A DNA stretch of 34,288 nucleotides from a virus. Taxonomy: Duplodnaviria; Caudoviricetes. The DNA is taken from positions 1-34,288 of IMG/VR virus record IMGVR_UViG_3300032234_000434. The stretch is one strand, 5' to 3'. Positions 1-11,800 of this stretch are shown piece by piece; the first letter of the stretch is position 1, and each line of letters opens with the position of its first letter. The notes under the pieces are model-generated. The model saw only the letters and a program-made list of their open reading frames with translations. It made no database searches and was not told the DNA's origin. A program made the translations under genes and the position numbers.

Positions 1-1
1 A

Positions 2-610
2 ATGTGCTTTTCATCCGGAGATGGCGGGGCCGCAGCCCGTGCTCGTGCTGACGAGGACGCACGCCAGGCACGCATCAAGTCCGGAACGGAGAAGATTAAC
101 CAGACTTTCTCGCAGTTTGACGACAGTTTCTACCAGAAGCGTGCCGAAGACTTCAAGGCCTTCGCGGCCCCGGAGGCTGAACGTCAATACAAGGACGCCA
201 ACCGCGACCTGCTGTTTAATCTGGCTCGCTCTGGAAACCTGGCTTCGTCTGAACGTGCCAGACAGATGTCTGTCGTAGACCGAGAACGCGACATGGCGGC
301 CATGCGTATCGCAGACAAGGGTCAGGAATACGCCAACCAGGCCCGTCAACAGGTCGAGCAGAACCGCACGGACCTTATCAATCAGACGATGGCAAGCGGC
401 GACGACACCCTTGCCGCCAATCAGGCACGCCAGCGTGTTGGCATGCTTGGCACTTCTCCTGCCTTTGAGGGGCTTGGCTCCCTATTCGAGACTACTGGCG
501 GCATCATCAAGTCTACCCGTAACGTAGAAGCATACCAGCCTTGGGCTCCCGGTATGTCTGCCTTCACCAGCCCAGGCAAGTCATCCAGGATGGTAGGAGA
601 GAATAAGTAA
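2..610 (+). CDS. Putative internal virion (ejection/core) protein, 202 aa
   Basis: Met-Cys N-terminus with Gly-rich start, helical Ala/Gln/Arg-rich body, first of a tightly packed series leading to a giant protein; function inferred from position and composition. Confidence 0.5.
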   Translation: MCFSSGDGGAAARARADEDARQARIKSGTEKINQTFSQFDDSFYQKRAEDFKAFAAPEAERQYKDANRDLLFNLARSGNLASSERARQMSVVDRERDMAAMRIADKGQEYANQARQQVEQNRTDLINQTMASGDDTLAANQARQRVGMLGTSPAFEGLGSLFETTGGIIKSTRNVEAYQPWAPGMSAFTSPGKSSRMVGENK

Positions 611-611
611 C

Positions 612-1466
612 ATGTGCGAACTGATGACCAATCTGACGTACGCGGCCATGGCGGCCGGTACCGCTGCTAAATACGCCGCAGCCGAAAAGAGCTCGAAGGC
701 CATGACGGCAGTCCAGCGTCTTGAGGCAGAACGTCAGGACCGCCTAAACAAGGAAGCGGACGCCCTGCTTGCAGGAAGCACCGAGGAAAACACGCGTATG
801 AGCGTGGAAACTCAGCTCGAGGACAACAAGAACAAGCGTCTGACGGCCATGAACGCCGCAGTCGACGCAATCCCTGTGGGGGATGCGGTCAGCAGGCTTG
901 GTGAGTCGGGTCAAAACCGGCTCGTTCAGGCTGAGACGGCATCCAAGGCGGCGGAAGCCGATGCCGTCAACAAGAGCACCGGTAAAGCCATGGCTTCGAT
1001 GGGCTCCCTGTCTGACACCAACTTGAACCTTGGTATCAGTAACGCTCGAGGACTTCAAAACATCAGCAAAATCGGCAACTTCAAGCGTGGTTCCGGCCAG
1101 GTTGCCAACATCGAAAACGAAACGGCAAGCCGTGCTGGTGAAGGTCTGTCTCAGATTGGAGACATCCTAAATGCACTTGCCGTAGTGTCTGGCGGATACG
1201 CCGCACAGGGCACGACTCCGTGGATGTCTGCCACCGAAAAGGCAACCAACCTTGCCCAGGCTCAAAAGGTGTGGCTCGCTGAAGCCGCAAAGGCTGGCCT
1301 CCCTGCGGCGGCGACTGCCGCTGGTACGCCTACCGCACTTGTTGGTTCGTCTGCTGGTCAGGTCGGCAATCTTCTCGCTCAAGGTAGTGCATTTACCGGT
1401 GGCTTTGGCATGAATAGACGCAGGCCGCAGGCTTACAATCTCTACAATAACGGACAAATTACCTGA
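612..1466 (+). CDS. Putative internal virion protein (T7 gp14 / P22 gp7-like role), 284 aa
   Basis: Met-Cys start, Ala/Gly-rich N-terminus (AAMAAGTAAKYAAA), coiled-coil middle, Gly/Ala-rich C-terminus; 1 bp after the previous stop. Confidence 0.55.
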   Translation: MCELMTNLTYAAMAAGTAAKYAAAEKSSKAMTAVQRLEAERQDRLNKEADALLAGSTEENTRMSVETQLEDNKNKRLTAMNAAVDAIPVGDAVSRLGESGQNRLVQAETASKAAEADAVNKSTGKAMASMGSLSDTNLNLGISNARGLQNISKIGNFKRGSGQVANIENETASRAGEGLSQIGDILNALAVVSGGYAAQGTTPWMSATEKATNLAQAQKVWLAEAAKAGLPAAATAAGTPTALVGSSAGQVGNLLAQGSAFTGGFGMNRRRPQAYNLYNNGQIT

Positions 1467-1468
1467 CC

Positions 1469-2830
1469 ATGGCCACTACCAAGAACCCTTTTACCGCAGC
1501 CCTTGAAGGCTTCGCTGTCGACCCGGAAGCCCAGGCCAAGGGCCAGGTCTACCTTGGTCAGACGGCTAAGTTGAACAACGAGAATACCATCCTTGCGGAC
1601 CGCATCGCTGCTCGCAAGAAGATGCTTGATGACCCCCATACTCCGCCCCACATCCGGGCCATGCTGCTTGCGAACGACACCATCAACCCTCAGCAAGCAA
1701 CCGGAGCTACCCGCGAGTTCTTTGGAACTAATACCTTTTTCCCGGGTGGCAAGCCAGCTACCGGCTTGACCCCTGAAGCCCGTTCCGCGGGTCTTGCTGC
1801 GTTGGGTATCAACCCGAATGATAATCTTATTCATGGGCTTTCTGGACTGCCCGGTATTGCACCCTCCAATGCCACCGCCAAGGACCCGGAAGTCCACATG
1901 GTTGATGGCGTTCCTCATGTCTGGACCAACGTCCAAGGCAAAGATGCCAGCGGCAAGGTGGTCACAGACAGGCGTCTTATGCCAGCTCCTGGCGTGACTA
2001 CTCAGACGCTCGCCAAGCCAGTCGTGCCTGGCGACAAGCCTACGGTCGTCAACAAGAGGGTTGGCGAAGGCGGTAAAATCGAGGTTTCATACAACACCCC
2101 CGAGGTCAAGGGGGGTCAGGTCATTAGTGTTGCTGACCTGATGAGAATTACGGAAGAACGACGAAAGCAGGCTGTCACCCAACTTGGTACCGCTGCCATG
2201 AAGTACCCCTCCGGTCCGTACGCGTTCCTTCTGGACAGACAACTTGGACGCATCGACGAGGCTGGCAACGCAAGAGAGGGCGTGGCATCCCTCAATCCGC
2301 TTGAGGCCAACTCCATTATCAACCTTGCTACAGAGCTTGCAAACTCCGGTTACAACCCACTTGAGGCCTTTAACCTTTCGCTGGAAATGCACCCCAAGTT
2401 GAAGACTGCAATCCAAGCAGGAACGATGGCTACTGGAGACTTTGACAGGGGTTTTGCCTGGAACCCATTTAGCGGAACCGACACATACCAGTCTGGCGGC
2501 AAAACCATGAACTTCCCCCATTTTGGAGGAGACTTTGCTATGAGCCCTGGTTTTGTACCGAAGGAAACCGGAGACTACAGCAATCGTATTTCTGGCACCG
2601 TTCCGGTACCTTCAGACACGGTCATCGTGTCCCAGCCTGACCTTGCTTCTGCCGTGTCTGCTGGTGTCGCCATTCGTCCTCGTTTTGCTTCCCCCATCCC
2701 CTCAGACATGGCTTCGGCAAAAGAAGGCGACTACTACTACAGCGGAACCTCTGAGTCTCCACGTTTTGTCGTAGCCCGTCAGCAGGACGGTAAGGTAGTC
2801 CTTGTCCCTGTGACCGGCATCCAGCAGTAA
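1469..2830 (+). CDS. Putative internal virion/ejection protein, 453 aa
   Basis: Long ORF in the same operon between small MC-start proteins and the giant protein; no recognisable catalytic motif. Confidence 0.45.
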   Translation: MATTKNPFTAALEGFAVDPEAQAKGQVYLGQTAKLNNENTILADRIAARKKMLDDPHTPPHIRAMLLANDTINPQQATGATREFFGTNTFFPGGKPATGLTPEARSAGLAALGINPNDNLIHGLSGLPGIAPSNATAKDPEVHMVDGVPHVWTNVQGKDASGKVVTDRRLMPAPGVTTQTLAKPVVPGDKPTVVNKRVGEGGKIEVSYNTPEVKGGQVISVADLMRITEERRKQAVTQLGTAAMKYPSGPYAFLLDRQLGRIDEAGNAREGVASLNPLEANSIINLATELANSGYNPLEAFNLSLEMHPKLKTAIQAGTMATGDFDRGFAWNPFSGTDTYQSGGKTMNFPHFGGDFAMSPGFVPKETGDYSNRISGTVPVPSDTVIVSQPDLASAVSAGVAIRPRFASPIPSDMASAKEGDYYYSGTSESPRFVVARQQDGKVVLVPVTGIQQ

Positions 2831-2867
2831 GTCTCGACAGACGTGTCTGAAGCACTATCTGTCAGAC

Positions 2868-5800
2868 ATGGCTCCACAGAAGGATAACTTCGGTTTGCGT
2901 CAGGCTCTTGAGCGACGCGGCTTGACCTCCATCATGCTGTTCGGGAACCCCGACAGCCCTGAAGGTGCACAAGGTTACCGTCCCGGTCAATGGGACCCGA
3001 CTTATGATGAGACTCGTACCGCAGCCAACGAGTACCTGACCGGCTTCAAAAACTCCGCCTTCCCGGATGGAGTTCGTAATGGCGGACGCTTTCAGGTCCC
3101 CGGTGGTGGCCTCAATGTAATCACGGATGTCCATGTGGACATTGGCGAAGATGGGTTCCCGTCTGTTAAGAGCTTCTCTTTCTCAGACCCAAAAGGCGAG
3201 GAATACACATACCATCTCGACGCACAGGTAGAAGGCCAGGACGAGCCTCAATCCATTGTGACTCCCAGGATGAAGCCTGGTCCCTCTGCGTCGAGTTTTG
3301 CCGGAAACCGTAAAAGCACTGGTCCGCTACACACCGAACTAAGGGGGCCTATGCCTGACCCAGGTTTCCTTGCCAAGGCCGCAGGTGAAGTCCGTATGGC
3401 TGCTGGTGCAGTCAAGGACAAGATTTACGATGGTGCCGCACTATTGTTCGGAGAAAAGTCAGGAACGATTGAGAGCAAGACGCTTCCGTCCCCCCCTTCT
3501 TGGTCTGAGCAGCAGCTTCGTACGTTCCATGACACCGGAAGACTTCCGAGCGGGGCATCATGGGATGACGTCTTTTACCCGAAGTTCACTCCTATCACCA
3601 ATGAAAAGGGTGAAACTATTGGATACCATCAGCCAGGAGAACTTCGTGCACCGCTTGAATACAAGCCGTGGATGCGTAGTGAAACAAATGTTGAGGAGGC
3701 GTTTAAGCGAGACGGATTGATTGGTGGCATGTTTGCGATGCGTAATCCGTACACGCTCACAAAGGACATCATCCACAATCTGCCAATGCCGGGTGGTAAT
3801 GGTAAGTATGACACTATTGGTAACCGTGCAGCGGGCGCGATTGGCCTCGAACAAAGGCTTCCTGGCAAGGGACTTCCGCGTATCGGAGAAGGAAATGCCA
3901 CGCCGCAGCAGCACCTTTTCCAGCCTCAATACATCGCACCAAGCGACTCTGGCCTCGCAACCGGACTCAAGGGTGCGTACAACGTCGGAACCGGCGTTGC
4001 TAACGTACTTTATTCCATCCCCGAGTTCATGCACAGCGGAACCGGGTACGCGGTTCAGGGTATCGGAACGAAGTTGCAATCAGCCAAGGCCGCCATCCCG
4101 CAGGCCATGATGCAGACCGGTGCCGCATCTCCTCAGACGGCTGCTGCTGTCAATACGGCACGCAAATGGGTTGCCGCAGACACGGCCGCACAAGGCATGT
4201 TCATCAAGCACATGGGGGAGGCTACGATTGATGCCGGAAAGAACGTGGTTGAGCAAATCCGCCAAGGAGACTACGCCAACCTTACGTCTTCCCTGCCCGA
4301 CTTGCTTGCATCCGGCATCTTCACCGGACAAATCATCAAGCATACGGCTGGCAACATCCCGCAGCTGTCGCACGGCGGCATGCACAGAGTTGGCGTAGAC
4401 GCCGGTATGCAGCAAGTCGTCGACAGCAACATGTCTGCGATTGACAGGAACTTTGCTCAGACGCCGGACGTTGTCCGGGAGGCTGACATGCGTACCGCCT
4501 TTGGCGACGTGTTTAATGCTGAGGCGTACGGCCCTGGTGGTGTTCCGATTAGCCCCATCGTTTATGGCAGGAACAACGCCGGAGTTGCCGGACTCCCGCA
4601 GCAGCCTATTACCACCGCAAACGGACAGGTAATCTATCAGCCGCAAGAAGGCGATTTGACCTCCGGCTCACGACTTGACCTCCGTAACCTTGCCAAGCCT
4701 GAAGGAAAGCCCGTCGAACTTAGTCCGGCTGCCGCCAAGCTGATGAAGGAGGGCGAGGAGCTCACCGCAAAAGAAGCAGCCGAACGTATCCAGCGTTCTT
4801 CCGCAGACGAAGCCGAGCGTGCTCGCGTTCTTGCTGAACTTGAAAAGCAAGGATTTACGGCCGAACAGAAAGCCAAGGACGACGTTGAACTTGGCGACTA
4901 CCTTAAGCGTATCGACGAGGAACGCCTCAAGCTTTTCCAGGAAACCGGTCATTACTACCATCCTGACGAACTCCTTGCAGCTACGTCCGGCGGCCGTGCG
5001 GGCGGTGGTCCTCGTCCTGTCGAGCCTGGCAAGGGTGGTGCCGGACGTCGTCCGAACAGCCCTGTTGAAATCGCGGCCGAAAATAAGCGACGTCAGGACC
5101 TCATCAATAACGGCATCAATCCTGACACGAACCAGCCGATGGCAAAGCCTGGCACCCTGCCAGCGGACGCCCTAACTGGTCCTCGTGGTACGGCGACCAT
5201 GGCTCCCGATGCCACCGCCGCTCGCCCTGGCCTGGCCCCGGAAGGCGTGACGAACATCGAGTCCCAGCGTAATGCCGCTGGTACGATGGACGTTCCGACT
5301 GCACGTCTGCCCGAAGTCCATTCGTCCATGTTCAGCGGCCCTGCAGGCCGTAACCTGATTGATACCGCTGCTGCCGAACTTGGGCTGCCAAGGCCTACGG
5401 AGTCTGTCGATACAGGCTTCTGGAGCGAAGGTGGCGTTCTGCAAAACAACGGTGCGTCTGCCTTCCGTTTCACGCTTCAGCCAGGCTCTGACATGGCAGA
5501 CGCCATGCGTCGAGTCGGACGGTTCGCGACCTCCCTGTCTGCAGCTCACGGCCAAAAGGGCGTGGGTTGGTCTGTAATCAGACACGACATCCAGCCCGAC
5601 GTAAAAGGGAACTACCCCGACTACAAGGGGGAGAACCAGATGGGTACCGCCATCCAAGTTGACGCGGGTCGCAAGCTTAACAGACCCGAAACCATCGCCT
5701 TCTCAAAGGAAGTCGAAAGAATACTGAAGGCAGACTACAACATTGACGCCGCTGGCTCCGTTGGCCCTATGAGCCACGAAGGTGGAGTCCGAATGTTTGA

Positions 5801-8800
5801 CTTTATGGGCAGCGTGCCCGATAAGATGGCCCTGGCAGAAGCGTCCCGCAAAGCCTGGGAAAACACCATCGGCCGTGACAGCGGCCACAACGCAACCGTC
5901 CGACTAATCGCTTATGAAGGCAAATACGAACAACAAGAAGGCTGGGACTCCGAGTTCAAGCCAGGCACCTTCGGGGGCCGGTACGGCCAGGTTCTTGGCC
6001 TGGGAACCGACGCAGGCATCAGCCCAAGACTACGTCGAGCTATTGATGCAGCCACCCGGGAACGGAACGAGCAGACGAAACTCTACTCAGGTCACGGAGG
6101 GAAGCGAGGAACTCAATTCCATCCTCAGACAGGGCAACCCCTCGACTCGACCGGAAGCCGGGTCGTCGCAACCCCTCTCGCCCTCACCGGAGACAGGCAG
6201 CTCTCTACCCCTGTCCGCCCCGTCCTTCCCCAGTCAAATGCCGAGCAGGTCCCCCTTACCGCAGGGTATGGGCGTTCAAGCCCCAGACTCCCAGGAAGCT
6301 CTCAATCTCGGGCAGCTATTCCAGCAGCCGAGGCAAATCAGGCCGCCAGGGATGTAGGCCGTTTCCGGGAACTCGACAATCCGGACGCACGTCTTGGTGG
6401 CGGTCAGACCGCCGCTCAAGCACCTCTTTCTCGAGGACTCTCAGACACGCTCAGACAGACCTCCTCTCGCGGTGACAATCTCACCCTTGAGGTACTGAGC
6501 GAAAACGAGTCTCTCGACGGTGCTGTCAGGGGCAACAACCCCGGCGTGCCCACCCGGATGAACACGGTCCACCTGCTGCTTCGTTCTGACAAGGACATCC
6601 CTGTCCCGCCGACACAGACCGGACGTCCGGATTACACCGGAATGTCCAACCTATTCCGAGGTGAGGCTGGCCGTCGCGTCGCTACTGAAATCATCGGGCA
6701 AATCCAGACCACAAAGAACGGAGAGCCGGAAGTCTACATCGAGCGTTTCGACACCCATCCTGGCATGCGAAACCAGGGCATGCTCAAGGGTCTACTGTCT
6801 GAGTTCGTTCATCGCATCAACAACGAGGCGGACGCACAGGGCATGACCCGTATGTCGTATCGCCTGTCTGACGTGTCTGACCTGAGTGCTTCGTCCAAAG
6901 CCCTCGCAGCCATCGTTGGTCCTGAGAACATCACCATCAATGTTCGTGGTATCGGCGACATGCCCTACACCGAGTGGCGTAAGAAGTTCGACTCAGACGT
7001 GCTGCGTCGAGCCGAAAACGAACGGGCTGAAGCCAAGTCTTTTGATGACGTTCTGCAGGCTGGAGAAGATTTCCAGGCAGGTCGTATCACCGAGCAGCAG
7101 AGAGACGCAATTTATGCGGCTCATTATGACGCTTCTACCAGGCTCGAAGCCGACAGTACCCTGCCCTATCGCAGTTCGAGGGGTGCTTCCGGTTACTCCA
7201 TGCTCGGCAATCGCTCCCTGCAGGGCGACTCGCTTGAGAACCAGATTGCCGACCACTACCAGCGTATCGAAGAAGCCAAGGGCAAGCTTGAGCGTGGTGA
7301 AGGTAACCCTAATCGCATCCGAGCTGAGCTCGACATGCTTGGAGATGACCTTCAGGACCTTCTCCGAGAGCAGGACAAGCAGGCCGGTCTGAGCACTTTC
7401 GACGCCAAGCCAGCGGAAGCACCGGTCGAAACCAGCAACGTCCCGCGTTGGGAGCAGCCTATGCCTACCCACCTTCGCCCGGGTACGCCTGCCTACAACC
7501 GCGAAATCATGGAGCGTCATCATGCCAAGATGGACTCCATGAAGATGTCCGGAAACCAGGCTCGCCTGCTGCCCCCGAAGGCAGAGGTCGAACTCATGGG
7601 TCTTCGTCGTCTGATGCGTGATGTGTCTGACGGCAAGGTTTCCACCGGAGAAGCCACCGAGGCTATCCAGCGTTCCATTGAGAAACTCGTGGACCGAACC
7701 TCCGTATCCAAGGAGCGTGGACTTGCCGAACTCCGGAACATCCAGGGTATCGACCAGCAGTTCCTTGACATGGCTGCCCGAAAGTTTGACGAGCGTGAAG
7801 CCCGCAAAAATCAGGCATCCCAGCCAGCCCCGCAGGGTGGCACCACCGGCCGTGACCGTGTCCGTGACCCGCTTGCCAAGCCGCAGGTATGGGAGCGACG
7901 ACAGGAACGTACCGGCCCTGAAGCCCTCACCGAAACCGGTGACCCTTCTCGCCTTACCTACGACGAACTCGTAGACCTCCAGACGCGACTCGAGAAGAAC
8001 AAGGGCTCCGCAGACCCTGACCTTCTCCGCTCGGTCACCGAGGAGATGCAGAACCGCCACCGCCAATACGGCAACGAAGGCGAGCGTAATACCGCCCTTG
8101 GCGGCTTTGTCCCCGAAACCACTCCTAAGTCCCAGTTGAACGACATGGTCCGCAGCCTGCCGGACCAAATCCGCTCAGACCGCGAGCGTCTGTCTGAACT
8201 CAACAAGCGTGACGGCCGCAATCGCTCTCCGGAGGCGGCTCAACTTGCCACCGAAATCAAGGTCAACGAGGAGCGTCTGCGTGCCGCCAAGGTAGAACTC
8301 AACGCCCGTGGCCGACAGCAGGGTAACTGGGAACGCCTTGACCGCACTCGCATCGTCCAGCGTGAACGCGACAAGCAGACGTTTGACAACCCGGACAACC
8401 CGGGCCCCCGCGTCAAGCGTGACCCTGTCCAGGCCCTTAATTGGGCTCGCGGTCGCTTCGACCGTCTGACCATCGACGAACTAATGCAGGCCCGGGACGC
8501 CCTCAAAGAGCAGGGTCGCCCCTATTGGCGTGAAGTCGAAAAGGCCATCAACGAGCGTCGTAAGGCGATGCCCGAGATGCGTCGTGAAGAAGGTCGCACT
8601 ACGGACATCGTTCCGGAAAACATGACCCGCCCCGAACTGGACGCGGAGGTTGACCGTCTGTCCACGGAGATTGAGGCCAACGACGCACGCGTGTCCGAGA
8701 TGCAGGCCGCAGGTGCGTCTGCTGCGGAAATCGAAGCCGTCCGGGCCGAAGTTGACCCCCAGCGTGGTCGTCTGTCTGAGTTTCAGGCAGAGGTCGAAAA

Positions 8801-11800
8801 CCGCGACCGCATCGAAACCACCGACTTCCGACGTGAAAACGAGAAGCAAATCGGCGGACACCAGCAGTTCAGGAACGAGATGGCCGGACGTCGCAAGAAA
8901 CTCGACATCGTTAGCCGGGTAGAAGGACGCGAAAACCAGCCCGGACAATTCTTCCAGGAGGAGGCCCGCTACTACGGACTGTCTGCCGGTGCTCGCGACG
9001 TAGTCAACATGACCTTCAGGGGTAACACCAAGGTCAAGGACGTGCTTGAACGCATCGTCAAGAACTCCAAGAGCAAGGACAAGCAGGGCATCGACCCTGA
9101 ACTTGGCAAGCTTGCCGAGTACCTGCTGAAGAACCAGGACGCAAAGAGCCTTGAGGTAATCGTCGGTGCGTGGGGTAAGAACAGCGGAGAGGCTTCTGGC
9201 TACATGGCCGGATGGAGGCCAGAGGCTGGGAACATTCAGGGCGGCAACAAATACGGCGGCATCAAGTTCAGCAAGGAACAGCTTTCCAACCCTAAGCATG
9301 CACTTGAAATCGTGATGCACGAAATCGTGCATAGTGCCACGGCAGACAAGGTCAACCGAGCCATCTTCGGAACAGTCGGCGTAATCACCGGTGACACGGG
9401 GATTGATGTCGTCGGTTCGAGCGGAACCAAATACCTCGACCGTCTTCGTGCTTACGCTCAGAGTTCCGGCTCAGACAAGGCTGTACGCCGACTCGTTCAG
9501 ACATACCTGAAGGTCCTGTCTGAGCAGAAGGACAACAGCAAACCGCTGAGCGTCGACAAACTCAACAACCTCAAGGACGACCCGAGGAACGCAACCCGCA
9601 ACATCTTCGGTGCCGGTTCTGACATGAACAGGTTGGCGGCGGCTGGCCAGTATCCTATCGCCGACCTCAATGAGTTCATCGCCCACGCATCCACGAACGC
9701 GGAGTTTAAGGCCTACCTGAAGACCATTAAGATGGGCGAGACGAACGCCTGGTCTAAGTTCAAGCAGGCGGTCAAGGAAATCATGGGCATCGAAGGCGGA
9801 ACCGCACTCGATGTTGCCATGGAGTCCATCCTTGAAATCTCGGCGAAGAACATCTCTGACTTCAAGAAGCCGGACGGAGAATACTACAGCCAGCTTTTCG
9901 ACATTCGCTCCCAGCGTAAGCAAGCTGAAGGAATGAGCCCGTCAGACGCAGACGCGGCTACGGCTGCGGAAATCCACCCGCGAGGTTTCGACGAGTTCGG
10001 TGTCGGAAAGCAGTCCCTTACCCGGGGCATCAAGGACGCCGAGGCTGACATCGAGGAACTGACCAACCGAACCAAGGGTCGACAGATGACCCGCGAGGAA
10101 ACCAGGGAAATGAACGACCTTCTTCAGGAGCACGAGGGCTACAAGGAAGCGTACGAGCAGAAGTTTGAGAACAACAAGGACTTCCTCCAGGCCAAGAAAG
10201 ACCTTGAGGCGGAACTTGGACGCGAGGCCACCCATGACGAAGTCATCCAGGAGATGGACTTCCGTGAGACGATGTCTGAGCCTGGCGAATACAACTATCG
10301 TCAGTTTGAGCGTGACCGCAAGAGGGAGACTCGTGGCAAGTCCGAGCAAGAACTCATGGACCGCCTTCGCGAGGAACCCGGAATGGAAGGGAAACTCCCG
10401 AAGGAGGAGCCTCTTGACCCGGATTTTGAAGCCGAACTTGCAAAAGAAGCGGCCACCTCCATGGGTCTTGAAAAAGACACGCTTGAAGCCCTTGGCATCA
10501 TCACCCGCGAGGAGCGACGTTCCTCCGGGGAGTTCGCCCCTGGCTCCTTTGAGAGACGCGACGAGCTCTATCAGGGCTTCGTAGAACTCGGCGGGGATAC
10601 GGACGTCCGCAGTTCGTCTGAAATCCCGGCAGACGTCCAGCGTGCCTTCAAGGAACGCTACGGATTTGAATACAAGCCGGAAGACGTGGACACCCTCGGA
10701 GAACCGAGACTCGGAAACAAGGACATCAAGGGACTCGAGGGCGGTACTAATGGCTTCCGCATGTCGTCTAACAAGAGCTTCCTGCGGGAAGAAGCCCAGG
10801 CTTCCATCAACGTGGTAAAGAAGGGCATCGAAGGCCTGAAGCGTGCCAAGGAAAACATCACGGACAAGGAGACGTTCCTGCAGCATGGCGTCGATTTCGC
10901 CACCGCTTCGTTCCTTCGTTCCTCGCAGGCTCAGTTGGATGTGCTCGCAGACAGACGCCAGTCTAAAGTCATTCGCGAAGTCAGCGAACTACTGAACAGC
11001 ACCCTTGCTGGCCGCACGGACAAGGCAGCTAAAATCGGCTTCCATACCGCAGTCAGCAGGAGCCAGCTTCAGTTCAAGAACGAACTCGCAGACGCACTTC
11101 GTCCGTTCGAGTCCGAACTCAAACTCAAGGATGTCGACGGACAAAAGCAGTTCCTCGAAGACCTTGGCCGTGCCATGGTTCAGCCGGGTCTTCCGTCTGA
11201 CCCCAAGTTGGCTCAGGCCGTCACCTCGCTGCGAGGACTCTACCGAAAGATGCACCAGTATCAAATCCGTGCTGGCATCAAGCTCGACAACGCCGGAGAA
11301 ACCTACGTCCCTCGCATGCTCAACAACGAGATGGTGCTAAAGGACCGTTATGGCTTCCTGAACGCGGCCCAGAAGGCCTACGAAACCACCGGCATGGACC
11401 CAATCGAAGCACGCGAAGCGGCTTCGGAATGGTACGACGCCATCCTTCGTGGAGACAGCGGCTTCAGTTTCGACCAGAAGTTCGTGTTCGACTCGTCAAA
11501 CCTGAACGGAGAGCCAAAGCATACCCGCTCCCGCAAGTTCAACAAGGTAGCCGAAGGGTTCATGGAGAAGTATTACAATCGGAACATCCTTGATGCTACC
11601 ACTTCGTACATCGGTCGTGCGGTCAAGAACGCTGAAATTGCCCGACGCTTCGGTGCCGAGTTTGAGGTCTATCAAGGACTTCAGAAAGCCCTGATTAGCG
11701 AAGGCAACCGCACCGCCTTGCAGGAGATGAACTCCCTTGTCGCCAATCAGTTGGGCACCAACCAACTCAAGGACTACAAGGGCCAGGGTATCATCAACTT

